Virus record (IMG/VR): IMGVR_UViG_3300037010_000704
Location: 1 to 58,868 of that record
Length of the DNA: 58,868 nucleotides
Source: a virus
Taxonomy: Duplodnaviria; Caudoviricetes
Reading direction: 5' to 3' (one strand)
Part shown: piece by piece, positions 39,101-46,454 of the stretch
Layout: each line of letters opens with the position of its first letter
Numbering within the stretch: the stretch's first letter is position 1
Program-made: the position numbers and the translations under genes
The notes under the pieces: model-generated
What the model was told of the DNA's origin: nothing
The model's input: the letters and a program-made list of their open reading frames with translations, nothing else
Databases searched by the model: none

Positions 39101-39979
39101 GAAGGGGTTTTCTTCGATGCTGAAGTTTCCGGTGTTCCGCTGGAAGATGAGGGCGATGGGGGCGGCGTAGGTGTAGCCGTCCATGCTTCCCAGGCCGTTG
39201 TAGGGGTTACCGTCCCCGGCCCGCCAGAGACCGAAGTCTCCATTGATCTTGCCCATAGATTCAAAGCGATACTGGATGTTCATGTCCTCAATGGACCCCT
39301 TCCAGGCCCCCGCACCATAGACCACCTCATCGGAGGTGATGCCCGGGTCCAGGCCCGCCCGGAACTGGGTGAAGTCGTAGCTGAGGGGGATGGAGGCAAC
39401 CCGGATGGCCCACTGAAGCTGGGCTCGACCCGTGGTGTAGATGTTCTGGAAGGGGTCGATGAGGTCGGATTCGATGGTGGCGTAGGGCAGGCAGTTCACG
39501 CACCCATTCAGATAGAACTTGCGGGTGGAGTCGGGATCCGTGGGATCGATGTAGAAGCCCTCTCCCGTCTCGGGGTTCAAGTTGCAATACCAGAGTTCCA
39601 GATAGACCACGTAGATAGATGCCTCGGGCGTGGTGCTGACCTTTGACCAAGCCTTGGGGGCCGGAATGGTTACGAGGTTGGTGTTGACGTTGTCCGTTCC
39701 GTTACCCCCGACCTTCAGGACTTCCCCGGCGAAAAGGAAGTTGTAGGCCGGAACCTCGAACATCAAGGGGAGGGTCGGGGTGGGGAGGATGGGCGTCCGG
39801 GTCAGGCAGCCCGAGAACGTCGTGTTCTCTGAGATACGCTGCCGCTTGAGATCCTGGAGATCTTGGACGAGGTTGAGGTCGGCGTCACTGAGGCGATAGT
39901 CGTGTCGACCGACAACAGTCACGAGACCTCGGCCATCTGCGGGAAGGGTTCGACTGACGGCTGAGGGGTAGGTCTTCAT
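36182..39979 (-). CDS. Tail/baseplate structural protein with C-terminal beta-helix-like region
   Basis: 1265 aa; N-terminal LSDADLNLVQDLQ..VYLELW anchor motif; LYVN..GSDLNDG...TIQ followed by beta-helix-like repeats. Confidence 0.6.
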   Translation of the reverse strand: MKTYPSAVSRTLPADGRGLVTVVGRHDYRLSDADLNLVQDLQDLKRQRISENTTFSGCLTRTPILPTPTLPLMFEVPAYNFLFAGEVLKVGGNGTDNVNTNLVTIPAPKAWSKVSTTPEASIYVVYLELWYCNLNPETGEGFYIDPTDPDSTRKFYLNGCVNCLPYATIESDLIDPFQNIYTTGRAQLQWAIRVASIPLSYDFTQFRAGLDPGITSDEVVYGAGAWKGSIEDMNIQYRFESMGKINGDFGLWRAGDGNPYNGLGSMDGYTYAAPIALIFQRNTGNFSIEENPFGCSKSGSSASGTRASRLSGRWDNKFADVVYPEDIVDTRMSVSLTGYDLAPMLEQGLVDLYMGTTNSKVARGESPSSPMLRKALGSKLSYFVAVADHLIPNADTLDGEFDGFSNGFSSDTRTFYCTKKLTVADKVVGTKGAPWAKDDIVRIRLGSSSPANAQFTFCLIQAVATNLTVNPPVREPVVLYGSVMRVEGLNTNEILLHTVVDPLSAGVDLKSEDIYVTVGVCYAAGSRFDLKKVPESVDGGELFDTATTKALPVFGVSEYEISTPLPSVTPGVTLEALNPNYSTSTFGTRVTIPVLAAVGKELSDQANGVTTTFVINRCNLAGKFTGLIVNSVFDTKANAPVTIRSQMVKKDTTVDAIVVVLASQIAKDAVLNFTITCMDTVQTSFVPAVKGLTQIEEVVLVGNNPTVEFPLDPRVKILGINTDLSNTYIYMAAVDATLKGVISTDDGIRKIWIYDVPQAQFVAYDCTVDIFGGITTVKIAGVQVNLLAQKFFLMASLLPALDSTSSLKLGFTYIPYQGEGVEGREYSVLYSAPTATVTTNGTGQAPVVGIKDTYPFNRCLPLATILPSLEMWSDGTLTNTPMAGEFDGNYYAKRYTNTEHTFEVRLHTNDFIEPLHGYKRKKVKFTTKSGGRGFSRALPHVGFAIKNLKPKQILGDNLQTTIAPVVLYVNNRSGSDLNDGFSKATARMTIQGCLSLLPPVLRHPVSIILVDTGDPYNIKTLPKSSLSQALVGDGEPRSVRYYCLGNIAFTMQDSARLTIGRETSSQNRVEILCPSDFLGFGDGAATAFYVAESRVIFNGIRFNGFRDFAVKVTDSDVEFMDCEFINNRQAVAADQGSMITFNKGILDVQDLAVGVALDSSSARFTNTTLVATPGKPADCFILAEMSSSVTLTKHDSYTQEYNILTTSLIVKASAGSSIVCEPSWNSTGKAKLTANSVMFRSVGAAKAAFAGNIDADSSSSVVSTL

Positions 39980-40033
39980 ATCCTGGGTCCACCTTAGAGG
40001 GAATCCTGAGCTTCAAGTTCCTCTAGTGAGGAA

Positions 40034-41971
40034 GTGAAAATCACGATGGCTGCTACCAACAACACCTTCCCGCCCCTTATCAGTGGGGCGTCCTCTGACC
40101 TCATCGGCCATAAGCAACTCTATGGTCAAGCGGTCCTAGCGTCCTGCCTGATTCAAACTTCACAGTCCGATCAGTTCTTCAACCCTGAGGCTGGTCAACT
40201 TACTGGGTATGCCTCGAATGGATCTTACTACCAGCAAGGAGTGCTCGTCCCCCTCCGCGCCTCCTGGTTCTCGGAGGCCCCTGGCCCCTGGCGGTCGGGA
40301 TCACCTGAGTTCCCCACCAGGGCTGTCGTCCTCGTCACCGATGCGGGCCTGTCCATCCTCGACCGGGACAACGGGCTGGAGATGTGGATGATGTTCATGC
40401 GGGGTGACATGCTGGCATACACCAACAACTTCCTCGCCGGTCAGCAGACACCCGCTGGGTTCACCCCCAGGGAGGTCACCTACCAGAATGGCATCATCAG
40501 CGTCACCCAGTATCCCGACCCCGGCAGCACCTTCACGGGGATCTTCACCCTTCACCTCGACTTCCTGCATGACAACATCTATGCCGACTGCTCCATCAAT
40601 GAAGGTGGGGGCGTGATCGTGCCTCCTACGCCTATCACCACGGTCACCATCGTCAGCCCGACTGTTGATTACCCCGTGGGTGCCCCAGTCACCTACGTCG
40701 CCGCCCCGGTCACCCAGGGCTATCCGCCTGCCGACCACGTCGTTGAATGGACGTTTGACGACGGCTCCTCGGCATTAGGCATCTCGGTCACAAAGACCTG
40801 GGCAACCGCTGGCCCCCATATGGCCTCCGCCAAGGCGACCAACGTCACCACGGGCGGGGTCGGTGAGGCTTCCAAGACCATCAACATTTCCTCAGTGTCC
40901 ACTTCCCTGAATGCCCGACCCTGGGTGTCAACGGGATCAAAAATGTTCGCCTCTGTGGCCAGCACAGCCAACACGAGCTTCCCCGTCGAGTTTGAGCTAC
41001 TCGTCGCCGGGGACTTCCTGGTGAACCTCTACGACGTCAACCACCCCCAGACCATCGTCACTTACAACACGGTCACGGGTGAGCGTCGGGAGTATGGAGA
41101 CCAGTTGACCACCATCGGCACCCCCGCAGGTGCCTGGGCACTCCACAGCGGCCCCAACGCAGGAAAGATCCTGATTGTGGGTTGCCAGGGTGGTCATTAC
41201 GGCATCTTCGACCCTCACACGGGCATCGTTACTATGTCCCAAACCCTCATCTCATCCTCGGGTGGAGCACAGGGGTACGACTTTCAAAAGGGCTACAAAT
41301 TTCCCAACACACTCATGCTCGATGGCAGGGTGTTCTTCGCCGGGGGCCTGGGTCTTGCCTTCAGGGGCAAGATCTACGACCCTGTTGCGGATACCTGGGA
41401 GAACGACGACGGTGTGGGCATCAGCGGCGTCATCGCCTCGGTATTCACCATGCCCTCGGGCAACCTGTTAGCCATCACCCTTGGGCCGAACCCCCAGAGC
41501 TACATCAAAGACAGTATGACGGGCCTGTGGAGCCCGGGGCCTACCCCGCCCGTCAGCATGACGGACAACCACAGCTATTGCCAGATGCCTGATGGGGCCA
41601 TTTTCACGACCACGCTGGGCACTACAGCGGTGGCGTCGATCATGCGTGAGGGTGGGGTCTTCAGATCCATGACAGCCCCTTACCCCTACCTTGAGCAGGA
41701 CAGCACTACGGTGGATGGTGTTGTCGCCGAATACGTCATCACTGCCCCGGACGGCATCGTGGTGAACCTCGGGGGCTACGGCGTCAACCACTATGCCATG
41801 AAGAACTACGAGAACCCCAAGGTGGCCTACTACACACCAGCCCAGGGGGATGTGTGGGTCGTCGGGGCTCCCTTCAACGCCCTCAATCGCACCCACCGTG
41901 GCGGCTTCTGCAACGGCAAGTTGTGGCGTGTCGGGGCGACGGGGATCCTGGAGTATCTCGTCTGGGCCTAA
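40034..41971 (+). CDS. Divergent virion-type protein with PKD domain and Kelch/galactose-oxidase-like propeller
   Basis: WTFDDGSS...TKTWATAG (PKD); LDGRVFFAGG...IYDPVADTW, MPSGNLL, MPDGAIF (Kelch-like blades). Confidence 0.65.
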   Translation: MKITMAATNNTFPPLISGASSDLIGHKQLYGQAVLASCLIQTSQSDQFFNPEAGQLTGYASNGSYYQQGVLVPLRASWFSEAPGPWRSGSPEFPTRAVVLVTDAGLSILDRDNGLEMWMMFMRGDMLAYTNNFLAGQQTPAGFTPREVTYQNGIISVTQYPDPGSTFTGIFTLHLDFLHDNIYADCSINEGGGVIVPPTPITTVTIVSPTVDYPVGAPVTYVAAPVTQGYPPADHVVEWTFDDGSSALGISVTKTWATAGPHMASAKATNVTTGGVGEASKTINISSVSTSLNARPWVSTGSKMFASVASTANTSFPVEFELLVAGDFLVNLYDVNHPQTIVTYNTVTGERREYGDQLTTIGTPAGAWALHSGPNAGKILIVGCQGGHYGIFDPHTGIVTMSQTLISSSGGAQGYDFQKGYKFPNTLMLDGRVFFAGGLGLAFRGKIYDPVADTWENDDGVGISGVIASVFTMPSGNLLAITLGPNPQSYIKDSMTGLWSPGPTPPVSMTDNHSYCQMPDGAIFTTTLGTTAVASIMREGGVFRSMTAPYPYLEQDSTTVDGVVAEYVITAPDGIVVNLGGYGVNHYAMKNYENPKVAYYTPAQGDVWVVGAPFNALNRTHRGGFCNGKLWRVGATGILEYLVWA

Positions 41972-42768
41972 GGCATCACCGAAGTGAAGTCCACCCACTG
42001 GCCGTTCACGTAACCCACGCGGGTGGCGATAGTGCCCCGGCGGGCACAGGCGTTCCACACCCACCGGGGCAGGGACAGGGCTGCCCGGGAATAGGCATAC
42101 CACAGGAGGGCCTGGGTGGTGACTCCCTCTGCTTGGGCGATCTTGGTCCAGGCGTTGGATACCTTGGCGGCCTTGGAGGCCATCGCAAGGTCAGCGGCCT
42201 TCTTCCAGGCTATGGGTTGAGAGGGGTCGATGGGGGCGACGCTGCCCCTCTTGTTCGACATGCCCCCACTCTGGTTCAGGAGGTCAAAGAAGAAGACGAT
42301 CACCCTGGGGTTGTCAGCATCCCACTGGACATACTCGTCCGCCAGATCAAGAGCACGGTCAAGGGTATGCTCGGCAAGCTCCTTCTGGGCCTCCTTAGAT
42401 GCGTCGGTCTCCAGGAAGGCTTCCCACTCGGCCTTCGCCTCAGGGATGACCGGGTTGTTCCTCCCGTTGACCTGGATGAAGTTCGCCGTGATGAACTGGT
42501 AGGCTTGCGGGCCTTTCAGGGAGGCCAGGGTGGAGACCGTGGCGGGCACCGTGAAGAACGCATCAGCGTCAGCCGGTTCCATGCGTTCCAAAATCTCCCG
42601 CATGAGGAGGCTGAGGCTTCCGGCCTTGCCTGCCCACTGAAGGCAGCCCACGCTCATGCCCTGACCGTCGAAGTCTCCTGCGACGTTGGAGTAGCGGGGA
42701 GTGAACTCACCACCCTCGAAGAAACCAGTGACACTCAAGCAGGTGTCGAGAATCTCGGCCCTTTCCAT
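41968..42768 (-). CDS. Lysozyme-fold peptidoglycan hydrolase (endolysin candidate)
   Basis: TGFFEGG...GDFDGQGMSVGCLQW...GSL resembles the Glu...D.G.S.G.LQ motif of lysozyme-superfamily hydrolases. Confidence 0.55.
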   Translation of the reverse strand: MERAEILDTCLSVTGFFEGGEFTPRYSNVAGDFDGQGMSVGCLQWAGKAGSLSLLMREILERMEPADADAFFTVPATVSTLASLKGPQAYQFITANFIQVNGRNNPVIPEAKAEWEAFLETDASKEAQKELAEHTLDRALDLADEYVQWDADNPRVIVFFFDLLNQSGGMSNKRGSVAPIDPSQPIAWKKAADLAMASKAAKVSNAWTKIAQAEGVTTQALLWYAYSRAALSLPRWVWNACARRGTIATRVGYVNGQWVDFTSVMP

Positions 42769-42784
42769 GGCAGGCCCCTCATGA

Positions 42785-43000
42785 TTAGGTTGCGGTTGCG
42801 TCCTCTGCGGGTTTGGCCTGAACCTCTGCCCGCTGCTTCATGGCCTCTGGGTCCACCTCGGTTACCTTCGTGTTTAGAAGTTCCCAGGTGTGGGCCGCGA
42901 GCCCGAGTTCTTGCATACCAATGAGCCCCTGACTTTGGCACCGCTCAAACAAAGATAGGGTGAAGTCGTAGGCGTCGTTGGAAAGAAGTAGTGCTTTCAT
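42785..43000 (-). CDS. Small hypothetical protein
   Basis: 71-aa ORF filling the gap in the operon. Confidence 0.65.
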   Translation of the reverse strand: MKALLLSNDAYDFTLSLFERCQSQGLIGMQELGLAAHTWELLNTKVTEVDPEAMKQRAEVQAKPAEDATAT

Positions 43001-43013
43001 ACGAAAAGCCCCC

Positions 43014-43607
43014 TTAGATAGTAGGCATGTGGTGAGGCTGGTTCTTCTTCCCTGCGGCCTTCTTGGGTGGAGGCTGTGGGGGGTCCGGCAGGGTTACCGG
43101 GGGGTTGGCCTGGACCTGGGCTTGAAGAGGCACTTGGGGAGGCGGCATGGGAGCGGGGGTGACCACGGAGGGCGGTGGGCTGCTGGGAGGGGCCGGGTCG
43201 GCGTAGTCCTCCTCGGGGTGGGTGTCCTCCCAGGCGGCTTCATCCCCATCGGCGATGATGTCGGAATCAAGGGGGACGACCTCAACCGGATGGGCGGGGG
43301 GGTCAATGAGGGTGGAACCCTCGGCCTCCATGCGGGCGCGAGCCTGGGCTTCGATGGCCCACCCGATGTCCGTGTAGTGGATGTTGCCATCAGCGTCGAT
43401 ACCATCATTGGGCTTGAGGTTGTAGATGGTCGTCAGGTGGTCAATCCACCCCTGAAGGGCCTGATTGGCAGCTTGGCCAGCCTGGATAGCAGTGAAGGCG
43501 GCTGCCCGAGCCCGGACCTCCGCCTCCTGTGCATTCTTCAGATCATCAACCAGCTTCTTGTGGTAGCTCAGATGTTCGGGGTTAAGAACAGTTGGCATAT
43601 TTTCCAT
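43014..43607 (-). CDS. Hypothetical protein, coiled-coil N-terminus and Pro-rich disordered tail
   Basis: Start at ATG 43607 or 43598 just outside the TnpB right end; PPPQ/PPPK-rich C-terminus. Confidence 0.7.
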   Translation of the reverse strand: MENMPTVLNPEHLSYHKKLVDDLKNAQEAEVRARAAAFTAIQAGQAANQALQGWIDHLTTIYNLKPNDGIDADGNIHYTDIGWAIEAQARARMEAEGSTLIDPPAHPVEVVPLDSDIIADGDEAAWEDTHPEEDYADPAPPSSPPPSVVTPAPMPPPQVPLQAQVQANPPVTLPDPPQPPPKKAAGKKNQPHHMPTI

Positions 43608-43614
43608 AAAAGGT

Positions 43615-43750
43615 CTGCTACTTTCTAAGTGAACACAAGTGTTCACTCTCAAATTCCTGCTTCAACGACCGCAGTTTCGACAGGGCTTCCGCCCCGCCCA
43701 GAGCCGCAATCTCCACAGGCGTAACTTCGGGACTAGCCGTCCCTAGTTTG
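43615..43750 (-). ncRNA. Predicted TnpB omegaRNA (reRNA) scaffold overlapping the tnpB 3' end
   Basis: Hairpins GGGAC/GTCCC and GGCGGGGC-GGAA-GCCCTGTC, ACGCCTGTGGAG...GAAGCAGGAA pseudoknot-type motif, terminal palindrome AGTGAACAC-TT-GTGTTCACT (43628-43647), ending ...TAGCAG. Confidence 0.7.
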
Positions 43751-44850
43751 TTGGTTACGAACAAGCCATAATCACGAAGATTTAGGCTTGCATTAAAGTC
43801 CCTATCCTCAACAACACCACAGCTTTCGCAGATGTATTCCCGCTCATCCAAACCCATTTGGGCCTTTACTGATCCACAAGCGTTGCAACGCTTTGTGGAA
43901 GGGAAAAAACGATCTGCAATAATCAGGTTTCTACGATAAAGTGGTGCCTTGTATTCAAGCTGCCTTCGGGTTTCGGCGAAGCCGACATCCGATACTGCAC
44001 GACCCCAGAGGGCCAACATACCACTTACACTTAAGTCCTCTATTACCACCGTTTGGTTTTCACGGAGTATAGTAGACGTAAATTTATGAATGAAATCTTT
44101 CCTGATGTTAGTAATGTGTTGATGAAGCCTTGCAAGGCGTCCTGCGGACTTCTTGCGATTGTTGGACCCTTTTACTTTCCGGGAGTGCTGCTTAGAAAGA
44201 CGCCGTAGGCGTTTTAACTTAGCTTTTAACGGCTTTGGCGCTGAAAGCGCCAAACCGTCAGAGGTAACTGCGAAGGTTTTCAAACCTAGGTCAACGCCAA
44301 TAATGGTGGTTGAGGGTGCCGCCTCGCGGCGGTAGTCATCAGGAAGCCGGACTTGAACTGAAATAAACCAGTCATTGGCAGTCCTGGACACCGTTCCTGA
44401 CATGATCTTGCCAGTAAAACGGAGTTCCTCCGTCATTTTTATTTTACCTATGACGGGGAGACAGGCTACCAGCCCGTCAAGGTCAAACTTATCGTTAGAC
44501 AAATAAAAGCTATCGTGTTCCCCCTTTTTCTTAAACTTAGGAAAGCCCACCCGGCGCTTCGCGCCCTTGGACTCATAACAGCGTTTCAGGGCTTTTTTAA
44601 GATTAGCAAAGGGCTGCTGGTTTGCATCCTTCGGACTTTCATATATCCACGGAAAGGACTCGCCCTTGAGGGCATTGAACTGTTTCTTAAGATCATTCAT
44701 TGAGACTTTAGCCACACCCTGACTCTTTAGCTCGGTGTATTGGGCCAAGGCCCAATTCCAAGCAAAGCGTGAACATCCTGCTGCCTTCGCCAACGCCTGA
44801 CGCTGTTCCAGCGTCGGCGTCAGGCGGATTTTGTGGGCTAGGGTGAACAT
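43618..44850 (-). CDS. tnpB: RNA-guided endonuclease TnpB, IS607-associated type, catalytic triad intact
   Basis: AHKIRL.P...AG.SRFAWNWAL HTH start; RuvC-I GVDLG, RuvC-II IEDL, Zn finger CNACG/CESCG, RuvC-III DRDFNASLN; lower GC than the flanks. Confidence 0.95.
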   Translation of the reverse strand: MFTLAHKIRLTPTLEQRQALAKAAGCSRFAWNWALAQYTELKSQGVAKVSMNDLKKQFNALKGESFPWIYESPKDANQQPFANLKKALKRCYESKGAKRRVGFPKFKKKGEHDSFYLSNDKFDLDGLVACLPVIGKIKMTEELRFTGKIMSGTVSRTANDWFISVQVRLPDDYRREAAPSTTIIGVDLGLKTFAVTSDGLALSAPKPLKAKLKRLRRLSKQHSRKVKGSNNRKKSAGRLARLHQHITNIRKDFIHKFTSTILRENQTVVIEDLSVSGMLALWGRAVSDVGFAETRRQLEYKAPLYRRNLIIADRFFPSTKRCNACGSVKAQMGLDEREYICESCGVVEDRDFNASLNLRDYGLFVTNKLGTASPEVTPVEIAALGGAEALSKLRSLKQEFESEHLCSLRK

Positions 44851-44947
44851 GCTTTCCTCTAATCAACACTTCTGAGTAGACTACTGGTTGCTGAGTCGGA
44901 CTCCTGGCGATCAGGATACCACACCCCTTGTGGGCTAGGCATCAACT

Positions 44948-45256
44948 TCAATTTTTACTCTGGGCAAGCTCGGCCAGACGCTCGGCCTCGATGTCCTCGG
45001 TCTCCCAGTCATCCATGAGGCCCGCGAACTTTAGGATGGTCTGGCGAGGGCCGTCATTGAGTTCCGCCAGGGAGCGTGTCGTCACCCGGTCCTTCTTCAC
45101 AGAGAGCACCTCACCCGTGTCGGCGTCGTATTCCACGAGTTCCCTATGAGCCTTGATGAGAGGGTCGTCGCCGAACTCGGAGAACACCTCGATACGCCAG
45201 GAGTGCCGGACAACCACGGACCCACGCTTCTCATTTTTGCTAACGAATACAGACAT
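44948..45256 (-). CDS. Hypothetical protein (fibre cluster)
   Basis: 102 aa with AGGAG SD overlapping the previous stop. Confidence 0.75.
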   Translation of the reverse strand: MSVFVSKNEKRGSVVVRHSWRIEVFSEFGDDPLIKAHRELVEYDADTGEVLSVKKDRVTTRSLAELNDGPRQTILKFAGLMDDWETEDIEAERLAELAQSKN

Positions 45257-45264
45257 AGGGGCTC

Positions 45265-46023
45265 CTAAAAGGTCAAAAACATCCTGGTAGCATCATACGC
45301 CACCTGGAAGGCATTGTTCTGAAATGCGTTGGCCTGGAAGGCTCCAGGGCCACCTGTCGTCATGCCGCGAAAGGCCGCGATGACGTGGGCGTAGTAACTG
45401 GCGGGGGAGCACGTCATCCTATCGAAATAGGTGCCCGTCTCCGAGACAACCTTGTCGAGAGAGGCTGAAGGCCCGCCCGTGTAATAGTCGGTGTTGGACT
45501 GACGTTTGGTAAAGCCGGTGTCCCCCTCGGTGACCACCACGCTGTTGGTCACATCCTCTGTCCAGAAGCAGAATAGATAGGCGTTGGGGAAGTTTGTGAC
45601 GATGGCGTTGGAGGTGTGATTGAGGGCTGCGGCCCCCTCGGCGGACCCAAAGGAGTAGGAGTCCAATACTGTATTGATGTTCTGGTCCATGTTTGCCACC
45701 ACATGCACGGTGACAACCGTGTAGCCCGACTCACCTGTGGTGATGGTGATGAGGCCGATAGTCTCCGTGGCTTTGGCGATGGCGTAGAACAGGTGAATGG
45801 TGCTCGTGGCGTTGGAGATGTAGACGCCTGACCCTACCTCCCTATAGGTGTTGCTCCCCCCTGCTGCGTTGTCCGAACACGTCGTCGTCTGCAAGGAGGT
45901 TCCATCCGAGCGGAAGGCGACAATGATGAGATCCCCGGCAGTCACATCTACGTTCGCCTGAGTCGTGGTAGAGTCACTCGGCGTGGTGTATGAGTTCCTG
46001 AGGAATGGGGGCGAAACTGCCAT
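45265..46023 (-). CDS. Beta-rich virion/fibre-associated protein
   Basis: V.AGDLIIVA...SDN.GG.NTY pattern; C-terminal AFQANAFQNNAFQ repeat. Confidence 0.55.
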   Translation of the reverse strand: MAVSPPFLRNSYTTPSDSTTTQANVDVTAGDLIIVAFRSDGTSLQTTTCSDNAAGGSNTYREVGSGVYISNATSTIHLFYAIAKATETIGLITITTGESGYTVVTVHVVANMDQNINTVLDSYSFGSAEGAAALNHTSNAIVTNFPNAYLFCFWTEDVTNSVVVTEGDTGFTKRQSNTDYYTGGPSASLDKVVSETGTYFDRMTCSPASYYAHVIAAFRGMTTGGPGAFQANAFQNNAFQVAYDATRMFLTF

Positions 46024-46026
46024 GGG

Positions 46027-46452
46027 CTACACCCAGGTCATCGGTGGGAGCAGATCTACCATTTCTTCCACAGTGATGATGGGCTTCTCACCAGCCTGAA
46101 CACCATTCAGGTAGGCTGTCGCAGTGTCCCACACGGCGTCCCTCCACTTCACCCCGGCCTTGCCCTCAGTGGCAAACCGAGGGTTCTCCGAGGTTGCGTA
46201 GGAACACAGGGACAAGATGCCGTCGTAGTTGCGACTCGCGGCCACGGAGTCCATGTGATCCTGGATCGCCTGGATGTAGCCAGCGATGAGGGCCTCCAGG
46301 TTGAAGGGGGTGACCTGTTCAGGCTGATTTCCGGCTTCCACCCAGGCGATGTAGGCCAGGAAATCTGGATCTTGGTCGGATTGACACGGGGCTACCACAA
46401 CCCCATCGGAGTTGCGAGTCACGGTGCCGGAGCTAGGATCAAGTGAATACAT
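46027..46452 (-). CDS. Tail-fibre assembly chaperone-like protein
   Basis: D.DFLAYIAWVEAGNQP and IQDHMDSVA..RNYD.I.S.CSYA.S....F..EG...WRD.VW...LP...W motifs typical of fibre-assembly proteins. Confidence 0.7.
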   Translation of the reverse strand: MYSLDPSSGTVTRNSDGVVVAPCQSDQDPDFLAYIAWVEAGNQPEQVTPFNLEALIAGYIQAIQDHMDSVAASRNYDGILSLCSYATSENPRFATEGKAGVKWRDAVWDTATAYLNGVQAGEKPIITVEEMVDLLPPMTWV

Positions 46453-46454
46453 GG

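Larger units (their letters stand above)
43615..44890 (-). mobile_element. Non-autonomous/solo tnpB element without TnpA
   Basis: Fewer than 100 bp lie between the tnpB start and the upstream gene, so there is no room for a serine or Y1 transposase; left boundary uncertain. Confidence 0.65.

Noticed and set aside
43615-44945. IStron or nuclease-dead TldR
   Set aside because: There is no room for a group I intron core upstream, the element is intergenic, and the D/E/D catalytic residues are intact.
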